A stretch of 64,000 nt of DNA from Candidatus Bathyarchaeota archaeon (GCA_963806535.1 CAWDYC010000005.1:338316-402315), one strand, 5' to 3'. Shown: positions 1 to 10,058, numbered from the stretch's first letter. Program-made: numbers and translations. Notes: generated from the sequence alone by a model not told the origin.

Positions 1-1
1 A

Positions 2-133
2 ATTCGACAGCTTTTCAATCAAGGCACTATCGGTAATGACTTCTGGCTATCACTCATCGGAATAGGAGTAATTGTGGCTATATTCGTGCCCCTCACTATA
101 GCAGCCTACATGCGAAAAATACAATCAGAATAG
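2..133 (+). CDS. 3' end of a membrane protein, probably an ABC-2 permease (partial)
   Basis: Frame 2 reads IRQLFNQGTIGNDFWLSLIGIGVIVAIFVPLTIAAYMRKIQSE*, resembling the last TM helix of ABC-2 permeases. Confidence 0.55.
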   Translation: MRQLFNQGTIGNDFWLSLIGIGVIVAIFVPLTIAAYMRKIQSE

Positions 134-279
134 AATAAGTGAATCGTAATCTCTGTCTCCACTATTTTTTTCTAAGAATTTTTTTTATCTTTTTCTTCTG
201 AATAATCATTTACAAGAAAGTGACTCTTTAGCAAAGATGATTTGCGTTACCACTAATTTTTAAAAAGATTTATTAGCAT

Positions 280-313
280 ACTTCGATTATTCGATATATC
301 GATTAAACGATAT
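280..313. promoter_or_regulatory. Putative PadR operator ATATCG-N6-CGATAT (296-313) with an overlapping degenerate site
   Basis: Palindrome between the TATA-like TTTATTA and the PadR start; the same motif occurs at 1795-1812. Confidence 0.6.
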
Positions 314-816
314 TGGATCAAATGATGAAAATGTCTAGAGAAGATAAACGTCAAGAACATTATGAGCATCACCATCTAGGACGGGGGCTTCATCTGGGCA
401 GGTGGGATAATCCCCACAGACGAGGAATCCTCCGGACATGGGTGTTCGTATTGCTTCAACAGGAACCAAGAAACGGCGCTGAAATAATGAACCAAATAGA
501 GTTAATCAGCCAAGGAAACTGGCGACCTTCACCAGGCTCAATTTACCCTCTGCTAGATCAACTCTGCAAAGAAGAAAGCATCAGCAAACGTGAAGACGGA
601 AAATATGAAATCACCGAAAAAGGCAAAAAAGAATTCGAATGGCCTTACAGAATGCACACAAAACAACCACGTTCTGCAGATGGTGCAATAGAAGAAATGA
701 ACAGCTACATCTCTTATCTTGAAGACTTAAAACGCATGGACCCCTCCAAAATTGTCCCCAGCATAGATAAACTCAAAAATGTCAGAGACCGACTAACAAC
801 CTTACTTGACACATAG
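313..816 (+). CDS. PadR family transcriptional regulator with His-rich N-terminus
   Basis: WRPSPGSIYPLLDQL...YEITEKGK winged-helix signature. Confidence 0.9.
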   Translation: MDQMMKMSREDKRQEHYEHHHLGRGLHLGRWDNPHRRGILRTWVFVLLQQEPRNGAEIMNQIELISQGNWRPSPGSIYPLLDQLCKEESISKREDGKYEITEKGKKEFEWPYRMHTKQPRSADGAIEEMNSYISYLEDLKRMDPSKIVPSIDKLKNVRDRLTTLLDT

Positions 817-929
817 GTGTATTGCTCGCTATCGCGGGAGGAAACAAGAAGAAAAAGTTGCGCGTGCGCTCTGAATAGAAAGTTTTGAACTCACGGGTAT
901 GAGACGAGTAGCCCCGCCACAACTTTTTG

Positions 930-1724
930 TCAAACGTTTGTTGTTCCCTTATTTCCTTCAACGATGTCTTTTGCCCTAATGTTGGGGTTATGATATCTTC
1001 CGCGTTTGGCTGTTTTCTTCCCATACTGTATGGCTTCAACGGGGCACCATTGGATGCAGGCTAGGCATCTTTCGCAGTGATGCTGCCAAGAGGGCTTTTT
1101 GTTTACGATCTTTATGTTTTGAGTTGGACAAATCTCGCTGCAAAGACCGCAGATAGTGCACTTCTCATTCACCGTGAATTTCTCGTCAAATTTAGCGGCG
1201 CTCCTGTAGAAAAGTCGGCTGCCAATTTTGCTTATGTAAATGCCTGAACTTGTGAGGGGTCGAATTTCCTTTTTTGCGATTGCGTTGGCTGCTTTCTCTA
1301 TGATGCCGTCGGCTTCTTCCAATATTTTGTGTGTTTCTTCAGTTGGTGGCGCGTCGAATTTGAGGATGTAGTTGCCAGGCAACTTTATTCCCTCTGTGTA
1401 AGATAACTGTGCGCCTTTGGATTGTAGAACTTCATTAAGTACGGCTAATGTGCCTTGTTTGGACCCGCCGTAATTTGCTACTGCGAAACAGTATGTTCCG
1501 GGGCGTATGTTGAGTTTTTCAGTGAATTGTTTGACTATTCTTGGTAATCCCCGGTAATAGACGGGGAAAACGAAACCCAAGTTTTCCTCTGAGCCGCCGA
1601 CTGGTTGGATTGGTGGCGGTCTAGCTATGGATTTGATTTGGCAGTTTCCGATTTTTGTCGCCAGTTGGCGTGTGAGGTATAGTGAGTTGCCTGTTCCTGA
1701 GAAATAGTAAATTGTGGTTGCCAT
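930..1724 (-). CDS. EFR1-type flavodoxin-fold/4Fe-4S ferredoxin protein
   Basis: YFSGTGNS N-terminus, FPVY motif, two CxxCxxCxxxCP motifs. Confidence 0.9.
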   Translation of the reverse strand: MATTIYYFSGTGNSLYLTRQLATKIGNCQIKSIARPPPIQPVGGSEENLGFVFPVYYRGLPRIVKQFTEKLNIRPGTYCFAVANYGGSKQGTLAVLNEVLQSKGAQLSYTEGIKLPGNYILKFDAPPTEETHKILEEADGIIEKAANAIAKKEIRPLTSSGIYISKIGSRLFYRSAAKFDEKFTVNEKCTICGLCSEICPTQNIKIVNKKPSWQHHCERCLACIQWCPVEAIQYGKKTAKRGRYHNPNIRAKDIVEGNKGTTNV

Positions 1725-1762
1725 GTTTGGTTCTCCATGCTTTTGTTTGTATTGGTTTTGAG

Positions 1763-1812
1763 ATATTGGTTATGCGATACAGTGGCTATTAAGTATATCG
1801 TAAAACCGATAT
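1763..1812. promoter_or_regulatory. Two putative PadR operators in a divergent promoter
   Basis: ATATCG-TAAAAC-CGATAT (1795-1812) and ATATTG-GTTATG-CGATAC (1763-1780). Confidence 0.6.
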
Positions 1813-1855
1813 CACGTCAGTAACCTTTAATATCAATTAACTCAAACGACTAGCT

Positions 1856-2176
1856 ATGGCTGAATGTGGCTCCAAAGGCTTCCTCTCATTTCTGATCGTG
1901 TGGCTAGTACGAAAAACGCCGATGACTGGAGCTGAAATAGCCGAAGAATTAGAAAGAAGGCGCGGCAAAAGACCCAGCCCCGGAACAATATATCCAGTAC
2001 TGAAAAACCTAAATAAAAATGAAATTCTCGCAGTAGACCAAAACAAACGATATTCTCTCACGGAAAAAGGGCAGAAAAACCTGGAAGCAGGCATCGATGA
2101 ATTCATAAATACCTTTTATGATGTTGATGAAATGAGATTTTGTTTTCAGAAAAAGAAAGAAACAAAGAGTGAGTAA
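1856..2176 (+). CDS. PadR family transcriptional regulator
   Basis: RPSPGTIYPVLKNL...YSLTEKG. Confidence 0.9.
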   Translation: MAECGSKGFLSFLIVWLVRKTPMTGAEIAEELERRRGKRPSPGTIYPVLKNLNKNEILAVDQNKRYSLTEKGQKNLEAGIDEFINTFYDVDEMRFCFQKKKETKSE

Positions 2177-2200
2177 CAGGTTAACATCCGGATGGAATCA

Positions 2201-3476
2201 TTAGAGTTCGGTTTCTTTATACCGCAGAGTATCCATCGTATCTTTAATGAAGGTTTTACCTTTACTCGTCAGCGAGTAAGCACTGTTTGTTTCGACAATG
2301 TATGCTTCGTCGATTAAGGGCTTGATAAGGTCAGAAAAATCGGCATCGAAATCAACGTCTGTTCCAACACTGAATTCATTGAACGCTGCAGGTATGTAGC
2401 TTGGTCGGAAAGTTTTTTCCAGCGAATCCACAAGCTCCTGTTTAGTGCTTAATTTGCCTTTGTATAGGGAGTACAATATCCAGTTTCGGAAGTTGTCCAA
2501 GCGGCGCTGCTCAAGTCGTTTTTCGATTGGCAGACTTGAACTTTGAAAACTCGGGCTGTTGCCCGTTCATCGATTTGGCAACTTCTCGGGTTAAACTTAT
2601 TCCATCGATGCTGATTCTAACAGCTATGAATGCTCCAACTATCGCATCTACCCAGTATATGCCAAATATAGAGAAAATTACGCCCACAATAACAGCTGCC
2701 GAGGAATATACGCTGTTTTTGGAGTCGATAGATTGAGATATTAGCGCCAGGCTCTGGTTTCTGTTTCCCACAATCCGCTGATACAGCGAAAGAACATACA
2801 TCGATAGCATAGCTATGAGTTCAATGACAATTACCATTATAGGCATGTATATTGGAGGGAATATGCCCTGAACATTCTTAATTATAGAACTTGCTGAATC
2901 ATAGAACAGAATAGCCGCTGTTAGAAACATCAACCCAAGTATGATAAGCGTGCCCAAGGTGTCTTTTTTGAATTTTATGCCCGCCCAAACAATTGCTGAA
3001 GATGCTGTATCGACTGTTGTGTCTGCGCCATCAGCGATCAAACCGACGCTACCACTAAAAAACCCAGCCAACATTTTCAGTATAGCTAACGCAAAGTAAC
3101 CGGCTGTCGCGTTCCTCGCAGCAGCAGAGGGACTTAAAATCTGGGTTTTAATCCTGTGGACCAAACTTTCCATGTCATTGGCGATTTCTTCCGCTTGCAC
3201 CCTGCCTTCAGCCGTTAACTCGTACGTAGCATTATCTGTAAGTTTTATCCATTTTTTGCGAGCCAGGTCATCGCATGTTGATACTACACTCAACGTTTCG
3301 GAACGTGCACGCCGTCCTCCAGTCTGATTGTGGAAACCTGAGGTTTGCAGGGCAGTTTTTTCTTGGAGTTGCAGCAGGGTTTGGGCACCTTCTTTGCGAA
3401 GAATCAGAAGTATGCATTGAGCTAAATCGCCACTTATCCTTCGTTTCCTGTTTCGTGCCATGCAAATCACAGTCAA
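2201..3476 (-). CDS. Cation diffusion facilitator-like membrane domain flanked by N- and C-terminal winged-helix-like domains (one frameshift near 2535)
   Basis: SGSVGLIADGADTTVD and IYWVDAIVGAFIA are CDF-like; removing one base joins FSKFK to LPIEKRLEQRRLDNFRNW, the 2201..2500 ORF. Confidence 0.75.
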
Positions 3477-3515
3477 TGTCTATGGTTTGCGCGCTATTGC
3501 CCTCAATAAGCTCAA

Positions 3516-4271
3516 CTATTGTTCGTTTAACAGGTCAGCGAGTAACCGACGTTCCGCTCTTCTTAAATGAACAGCTAAAGTAGAACTCGCAAGCCCAAGC
3601 TTTGCTGCAAGTTCATCCGCGCTTACTTTTCTAGGCGTATCAAAGTAGCCAAGCCTAAAAGCCAAAATGACAGCGTCCCGCTGTTTTTCAGTTAGGCGAC
3701 TAAATGGTGAGCTAGGCAAGAATTTTGCATCCATAAGTGAAACCACCTTAAAATTTCCTGCTTTTTCGAAAAATTCAAGCGCCTCTTTCACTTGGTCATT
3801 ATCTCCAAGCAAAGTAACTCTAACTTTTCCATCGCGATAACTAACAGGCATAGATGGGTACATAATTAGTTTTATGCTGCTCGTTTGAGAACTTGAATGA
3901 GGCGGCTTTCCCTTCATGAAGTAAATATAGATTCCTTCTTTTTCTTTCTCTAACAGTTGCAGTTCGACCTTGGCACCATGAGTCATCTCTTTGTTATTAA
4001 ATAGGTCTTCAATGTTGAAAGAAGGATCTTTGATTTCCACCTTAAGTATAGCTGCGAATTCGTCCTGATCAAATCTGAGAACATGCAGCATCTCAAATGA
4101 CTTTATCTTTTGCAACATTTCCAATAATTTTAGACTCGATTCAATGTCAGGCGACTTTATGTTTTGATTCGGAAATTCTGGCTCAGGTTTGTCGACATCC
4201 TTTAGGTTTTCTAGATCTTTTAGTTTTTTAATTTGGTCTTTTATCGACAACTCTAAAACTAGTCTGCGCAC
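3516..4271 (-). CDS. Bat-like (HTH_10) DNA-binding regulator
   Basis: LTEKQRDAVILAFRLGYFDTPRKVSADELAAKLGLASSTLAVHLRRAE. Confidence 0.9.
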   Translation of the reverse strand: MRRLVLELSIKDQIKKLKDLENLKDVDKPEPEFPNQNIKSPDIESSLKLLEMLQKIKSFEMLHVLRFDQDEFAAILKVEIKDPSFNIEDLFNNKEMTHGAKVELQLLEKEKEGIYIYFMKGKPPHSSSQTSSIKLIMYPSMPVSYRDGKVRVTLLGDNDQVKEALEFFEKAGNFKVVSLMDAKFLPSSPFSRLTEKQRDAVILAFRLGYFDTPRKVSADELAAKLGLASSTLAVHLRRAERRLLADLLNEQ

Positions 4272-4310
4272 AGATAGGGATTGGCGTGGTACCCTAAATA
4301 CTTTTTGAAA

Positions 4311-4341
4311 AGACGAGTGTATTCGCTACAAGCTTAATCCG
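4311..4341 (+). promoter_or_regulatory. Conserved promoter/operator box, copy 1 (upstream of MFS)
   Basis: CGAGTGTATTCGCTACAAGCTTAATCCG; 27 of 28 bases identical to 5953-5980. Confidence 0.7.
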
Positions 4342-4381
4342 CATGCCTTGACATGTGTAGGGAAAAACGAAGCGAAAAAAC

Positions 4382-5882
4382 ATGACAGCTTTAAACCCAA
4401 AAGATAATTCGTTACCAACCGGTAAGACAAAAGCCGACAAATACCCCATTCGGGCACTTGTAATCTTAACTGCATCTCTTCTACTCATCAGTTATGTAGA
4501 AACCATGGTTCTTCCAGGCATCCCGACAATTGTGAAAGACTTGTCTACAACAACAACCATTGGATCTTGGATCACATCCATAGTTCTCCTAGTTGGTGCC
4601 GTGGTTTCATCAATTTTCGGCAAACTAGGTGACCTTTATGGAAAGAAAAAAATGATGCTTGTAGCTCTTGCTTTCTATACCATGGGCGTCGGCATCGCGG
4701 GATTCTCAACTAGCATTTACTTCCTGATATTTGCCCGAGCCATCCAAGGCGTAGGCTTAGCCATGCTTCCACTGGCACTAGCGTTTTTAACAGATATATT
4801 TCCCAAAGAACGATTAGCCAGTGCAATGGGCGTCATTGTAGGCTCAGCAGCCATCAGCACTTCGCTGGGATTAGTGCTTGGATCATACGTTATTCAAAAC
4901 TTAGGTTGGCGTGATGCTTTCCACATTGCGGCGATATTAAGCGTGATAGTTTTTGTCGCTGTCGTAGTGGTCATAAAACGAGACGCCTCCTGTACAAAGT
5001 GTAAAATAGACTACGTCGGTGCCCTACTGCTTTCACTAGGAATAGCACTTGTACTGATATACACAACGGAAGGATCAGCGCTAGGCTGGTTTTCACTTGA
5101 AGAATTGGCATTCTTGATTCCTGGGCTTTCATTGATAATTTCATTCTTCTACGCGGAAACTGTAGTGCCTGAACCGTTAATTCGGCTTGATCTTCTTAAA
5201 ATAAGAAATGTTTTTATCGCTAATTTAGTTGTTCTCATATCAGGCATCACGAACTTTCTGCTCTTCTTTGTCGCCATCGAGTACCTTGAAGTGCCTGCGC
5301 CATATGGGCTGGGTTTTGATGTCATCCACACTGGTCTAACAATAGTGCCAGGTACAATAGTCATGCTTATAATGGGGCCGCTTGTTGGAAGGCTGGTGAG
5401 TAGAGTTGGACCCAAGCCAACACTCGTTGCAGGTGCAGGCGTCGAAATCGTGAGCTTTTTGCTGTTCATAGTCAACCGAGGAACCGCCATAGGCGTCACA
5501 GTAGACATAATTTTCGGTTTTATAGGACTTGTCACTCTGCTGGTACCTATCTCAAACATGATATCCCTATCTCTGCCCAAAGAAAGCATCTCTGTTGGTC
5601 AAGGATTCAACCAAACTCTCAAGAATCTTGGAAGTCGCAGTTGGGCCAGTTCTTACAACGTCAATCTTGGCTTCATTCACCGTTGCAGTAACTAAAGTCG
5701 TAGGTGGAAAAAGCGTTATTGTCGCAACTCTGCCCTCAGCAACAGCGTTCAACGTTATCTTCGGAATAGGTATCGCATTAGCCGTTTTAATCATCGCTTT
5801 GAGTCTGACAATCAAGAACGATGTTTTCAAAAAACCGAAGCAGGATGTGTCGAGAACCCTTGAAAAGAAGACTGTACCTTAG
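4382..5882 (+). CDS. MFS drug/H+ antiporter-type transporter (frameshift near 5631)
   Basis: GKLGDLYGKKK motif A, many TM segments, colinear with the intact paralog 10852..12366. Confidence 0.9.
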
Positions 5883-5950
5883 AATGGAAGCCAGTGCCCG
5901 CTCGTTAAATTACTTGCTGGGCTGACGTTGCATCCTAATATTTTATAAAA

Positions 5951-5980
5951 AGCGAGTGTATTCGCTACAAACTTAATCCG
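5951..5980 (+). promoter_or_regulatory. Conserved promoter/operator box, copy 2 (upstream of ABC ATPase)
   Basis: AGCGA-GTGTAT-TCGCT inverted repeat followed by ACAAACTTAATCCG. Confidence 0.7.
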
Positions 5981-6024
5981 AAACAGCAACCATGTATTAG
6001 GAAATTACGTGAAGTGAAAAATAA

Positions 6025-7026
6025 ATGGATCCATCAGATATTATTTCGGTCGAAAACCTCGTAGAGGTCTATGCTGACGGTACAAGAGCACTTGAAGGGA
6101 TCTCTTTTAATGTGAAAAAGGGCGAGTTTTTCGGGTTTCTGGGGCCAAATGGCGCAGGAAAAAGCACCACAATCAAAATCCTCACCACGCTCCTCAAAAA
6201 GACTTCAGGGCACGTGCAAGTAGCTGGTTACGATTTAGAAAAATCGCCAAAAGAAATCCGAAAAGTTATCGGAGTCCTCACACAAGAAACCATAATAGAC
6301 GTTGACCTAACAGGCAAAGAAAACCTCCGTCTTCAAGGTCGACTCCAACAAATGCATGGTAGCGCCTTAGACCAACGAGTGGACGAGCTACTAAAAACTG
6401 TGCAGCTTGAAGAATTCGCAAACAAACCTGCTGGCCGATATTCAGGCGGCATGAAAAAACGGCTTGACCTCGCCTCTGCCCTAATTCATAAGCCTAAATT
6501 ACTTTTCCTTGATGAGCCGACAACTGGGCTTGATCCTCAAGCCCGTGCGTCAATATGGGACTACCTGGATGAGCTAAACAGGGAAGAAGGCATTACAATA
6601 TTTTTGACGACTCAGTACTTGGAGGAGGCAGACAAACTCTGCCGGCGACTCTCAATAATTGATCACGGGAAAATTGTTGCTGGTGGTTCGCCAACAGAAC
6701 TCAAGCAGGCAATCGGACATGACACCATAACTCTTTCTCTTAAGGACCCAAAAGATTCCCTGTTGAGATCCGAAACAAAAAGGATTTTGCAAGAAATTCC
6801 TGGCGTAGTGGATGTTACTGATTCAGACGGCGGTATTGCTGCTCATGCGAAGAACGCGGATGAAATAATAGCTGATGTAGTTACAGCGTTGGACCGCAAT
6901 AACATTCGCCCGACTTCTTTGAACATGTCCTCTCCAACACTTGATGATGTTTTCCTGCACCACACAGGCAGAAGAATAAGACCCGAAGAACTCGGCAGAA
7001 AAATCAACGAACAAATCTTAATGTGA
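6025..7026 (+). CDS. ABC transporter ATP-binding protein, DrrA-like
   Basis: GPNGAGKST Walker A, YSGGM signature, LLFLDEPTTGLD. Confidence 0.95.
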   Translation: MDPSDIISVENLVEVYADGTRALEGISFNVKKGEFFGFLGPNGAGKSTTIKILTTLLKKTSGHVQVAGYDLEKSPKEIRKVIGVLTQETIIDVDLTGKENLRLQGRLQQMHGSALDQRVDELLKTVQLEEFANKPAGRYSGGMKKRLDLASALIHKPKLLFLDEPTTGLDPQARASIWDYLDELNREEGITIFLTTQYLEEADKLCRRLSIIDHGKIVAGGSPTELKQAIGHDTITLSLKDPKDSLLRSETKRILQEIPGVVDVTDSDGGIAAHAKNADEIIADVVTALDRNNIRPTSLNMSSPTLDDVFLHHTGRRIRPEELGRKINEQILM

Positions 7027-7038
7027 GGTAAAACAAAA

Positions 7039-7801
7039 ATGACACTATTTTATGACATTCAATCCTTGTTCCAAAGAGCTTTAATAAAACTACGGAGAAA
7101 CCCTACTCTACTGTTTGTCCACCTCTTCACGCCATTGCTGTTTCTGATCCTTTTCTCCCAGTTACTTCAACAACTCGGCATTTTTCTAGGACCAACTGGA
7201 AGTTACCTTGCTTACCTTACGCCGGGGATATTGGTGCTGAATTTAGTAATTGGTATGCCGACGGGCCAGTCGAGTCGTGAGTGATCTTAACTCGGGGTTT
7301 CTTCAGAAAGTGCTTTTAACTCCTGCCAGCAGATCGGCAATTTTGCTTGGTCGCTTGGTGAGCGACATACTCGTGCTGATGGCCCAGTCAGCCATAATAA
7401 TTGGAGTGGCAATGCTGCTGGGTCTTAGAATCGCAACCGGGGTCGGTGGACTCTTACTCATTTTCGTGACTTTTGCCTTCTTCGGACTTGCTTGGTTTGG
7501 GCTTTCACTTGCCTTGGGCTTGAAGACAAAGAACGCAGAAACTCTATCAGCAGTTTCCAATATTATAGCCTTACCACTTATGTTCATTAGCAGTGGCCTC
7601 TTTCCCACATCAATCATGCCTCTTTGGGCGCGAACCGTTGCTGACTACAACCCATTGAGTTATGTTTCTAACGTAACAAGAGGCTTAATCGAGGGAGGGT
7701 TGACTTGGAGTACGTTTGTTTCTGCTTACGCTGTAATCGGAGTGATTGCGATTGTGACTTTCGGCGCTACTTTGTACCTATTCAGGAAAGTGGTCAGTTA
7801 A
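7039..7801 (+). CDS. ABC-2 type permease (frameshift near 7255)
   Basis: YLAYLTPGIL, DLNSGFLQKVLLTPASRSAILLG, YNPLSY motifs across two frames. Confidence 0.9.
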
Positions 7802-7889
7802 AAGGACCTAAAAATGACAACAGATAAACTGATTACAATGCCAGTGCTGGATAACAATTCCTCATTTTTTTTATTTTTCTAAAAAACTT

Positions 7890-8030
7890 TCTGTATTTTG
7901 TTGAACTCAATATACCCGCAAAGTTTTTTTCTAAAGCCTTATTTATCGGTCGGATTGGTTGCTGGATTTTTTTTGCGGATAGAGGCTTAATTGCGTTAGC
8001 GGTGGCTTTGTTGATTGCCGCTTGGTATTT
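7890..8030 (+). repeat. Diverged repeat (promoter-like region plus hydrophobic N-terminal coding relic), copy 1
   Basis: TGTATTTTGTTGAACTCAA...TTGCGTTAGCGGTGGCT aligns with about 14883-14997. Confidence 0.5.
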
Positions 8031-8080
8031 TACCCTTTTTTTGATGAATGCTCCCGTTTGCCTAGGTTTATTTGCCATAT

Positions 8081-8106
8081 TGGTGCATGGGGTGGGAGTT
8101 GAACCC
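8081..8106 (-). pseudogene. tRNA 3'-end fragment (T loop, acceptor strand, CCA)
   Basis: Minus strand GGGTTCAACTCCCACCCCATGCACCA; no matching 5' half or anticodon arm. Confidence 0.6.
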
Positions 8107-8185
8107 GAGTGCACTCCGAAAGTACACATAGCTAAGCACCGTGTGCAGCTAGGTTAAATATAATTTCACGTGTGAAGTAATAACG

Positions 8186-8989
8186 ATGGCAAGGGTAATT
8201 TGTGTGGATGAAGAAAACGAACAAAAAAGCAAACTCAAAGACGACGCTACAGATCCAAAATGGTTACTGCGCTTAGGAGTACTTGAATCACTCAACGAAA
8301 AAGCAATGTCCTGCTCAGAATTAATTGATGAAATCCACAAGAACACCGGCGGAACATGGAAACCCAGTCTAGACGTAATCTACCCATTACTTACCAAACT
8401 CCAAGATAACGCATATGTAAAAGAATTGCCCAACGGAAAAGGGTTTAAACGCTATGAGTTAACACAAAATGGCAAAAACTTGCTTGTGGACCAAACCAAA
8501 ATTAAAGAGAAGTTTATTCAAGACACCATAAGAGAGGCACATTTGAAAAAAGGATTTCATGTTTTGGATTTTGGCTGTGGACCAGGACGTTATGTACTTG
8601 CTGTTTCAAAAGCAATAGGGGTGACAGGTAAACTGTATGCGTTGGATACTGCGCCGCTTGCCCTTGAAATGGTAAGACAAATCGTCGATAAAAATAAGCT
8701 AGCGAATGTAAAAACTATTGAATCCGATTGCGATACAGGTCTACCTGACGAAGAATTAGACGTTGCCTTCTTATATGATGCGTTTCACGGCTTCGATGAC
8801 CCAAATGCCATATTGTCTGAAGTGCATAGAGTGCTAAAACCGACGGGTATCTTATCATTTAGCGACATCCATATAGAGGATAACGAGATAATCTCAAGCG
8901 TCACCCGCCGTAGATTATTTAAGCTAAAAAGCAAAAACCAATTAACCTATACATTCATGAAGACAGTAAAAGTGCTCATCGACAAATAG
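8186..8989 (+). CDS. PadR-like HTH fused to a class I SAM methyltransferase
   Basis: WKPSLDVIYPLL...YELTQNGK, then VLDFGCGPG and EVHRVLKPTG in one frame. Confidence 0.8.
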   Translation: MARVICVDEENEQKSKLKDDATDPKWLLRLGVLESLNEKAMSCSELIDEIHKNTGGTWKPSLDVIYPLLTKLQDNAYVKELPNGKGFKRYELTQNGKNLLVDQTKIKEKFIQDTIREAHLKKGFHVLDFGCGPGRYVLAVSKAIGVTGKLYALDTAPLALEMVRQIVDKNKLANVKTIESDCDTGLPDEELDVAFLYDAFHGFDDPNAILSEVHRVLKPTGILSFSDIHIEDNEIISSVTRRRLFKLKSKNQLTYTFMKTVKVLIDK

Positions 8990-9082
8990 AGCCTTATCGT
9001 TTGTAGAGGATTTCTATGATCAAGGAATTTAAAAAACGTCAGGATAATCGTCAGGACAAAAACCATGTATTTTATTTATAAG

Positions 9083-9141
9083 TGGTGCCGGGGGGTGGGA
9101 CTTGAACCCACTAAGGCCTGCGCCATAGGATCTTAAATCCT
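9083..9141 (-). pseudogene. Truncated tRNA-Leu(TAA), anticodon arm to CCA only
   Basis: AGGA-TTTAAGA-TCCT anticodon arm, long variable arm, GTGGG-TTCAAGT-CCCAC T arm, CCCCCGGCACCA; D arm and 5' acceptor strand absent. Confidence 0.75.
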
Positions 9142-9305
9142 TCTCTATATCTAAGGTAATCAAAGCGTCCTTTAGTTGGCGCTACCATGGATGAATATAT
9201 ACGTCACCATTGGAATAGCCCTTTAGCTTTTTTAAAAACTGAAAGCCCATTAGGTCCCTTTGGTCAAGTATGAACTTTTTCTCTTCTAAATTTACTTAAT
9301 GGGAA

Positions 9306-9788
9306 TTATGAGTTTGAACGGTTTATTGTTGCCTCGCGAATTCCTTCTTGGGATATTGCGTTTTTGAGTTTTTTTAATAGTAATAACAATTCAGTTGTTT
9401 CTTGCGGTGTCAGAGCACTGACTGATTTCTGGAGAAACTCTGTAATTTGCTCTCTTGTTTTTTCGTAAAATTTCTTCCCTTCGGGGGTAAGTTGAATTTC
9501 TATTTTTCTTCGGTCTTTGCAGTCTTCCCGTTTCACTAGCCCCTTTTTTTCCATTCGGTCAATTAGGCTGGTTATAGTTGGTGAACTAACCATAAGCTCA
9601 TGGCTAAGTTCATTCATTTGCATCGGTTTTTTTGAGATAATTTTGAGCACAGCCCATTGTTGATCAGTTATATTATTCTGTTTTCCGATAACATCTATTA
9701 GCACTTTGGAGAAAAGTCTCTGGATGTCTCTTATTTCAGCGGAAATTTCCTCTCGCTGTGTTTTCGTTGCTTCTTCAAGTTCATTCAT
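9306..9788 (-). CDS. MarR family regulator
   Basis: ITDQQWAVL...PTITSLIDRMEKKGLVKR...DRRKIEIQLTPEG. Confidence 0.92.
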   Translation of the reverse strand: MNELEEATKTQREEISAEIRDIQRLFSKVLIDVIGKQNNITDQQWAVLKIISKKPMQMNELSHELMVSSPTITSLIDRMEKKGLVKREDCKDRRKIEIQLTPEGKKFYEKTREQITEFLQKSVSALTPQETTELLLLLKKLKNAISQEGIREATINRSNS

Positions 9789-9802
9789 ATCATTCTACCC
9801 AA

Positions 9803-9910
9803 ACATTTAGCCATACCAATTATTAGTGTGACTAACTATAAATACCTGTTTGATATTATTTAGTCACACTAATGTTCAGTCCACCTAAGTTATTCGGTGA
9901 ATAAAATGGT
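9803..9910. promoter_or_regulatory. Promoter with four TTAG-N5-CTAA-type palindromes (putative MarR operators), copy 1
   Basis: Sites at 9807, 9823, 9860 and 9876 (first and last imperfect) around TATAAATA; region duplicated at 10747-10856. Confidence 0.7.
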
Positions 9911-10058
9911 AAGCACGAACTCTAATAAAGAATTAAAAAATTTCCAGCCTGAAAACAAACCCGTCGCCCTGGTCACCGGGGCTAATCAAGGAATCGGTCT
10001 TCAGATCGCAAAGGGTCTTGCGGCACACGGATTCAAATTGGGGAGTAACCATGTTTAG
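9906..10058 (+). pseudogene. N-terminal relic of a short-chain dehydrogenase/reductase
   Basis: MVSTN...KPVALVTGANQGIGLQIAKGLAAHGF carries the TGxxxGIG motif, then stops; the rest of an SDR is absent. Confidence 0.75.

Noticed and set aside
5149-5589. Antisense ORFs conserved opposite both MFS genes (also 11811..12098)
   Set aside because: Expected shadow frames of hydrophobic paralogous coding sequence.
9083-9210. Complete intron-containing tRNA-Leu
   Set aside because: No D arm or GCCGGGG-type 5' acceptor strand is visible in the adjacent sequence.
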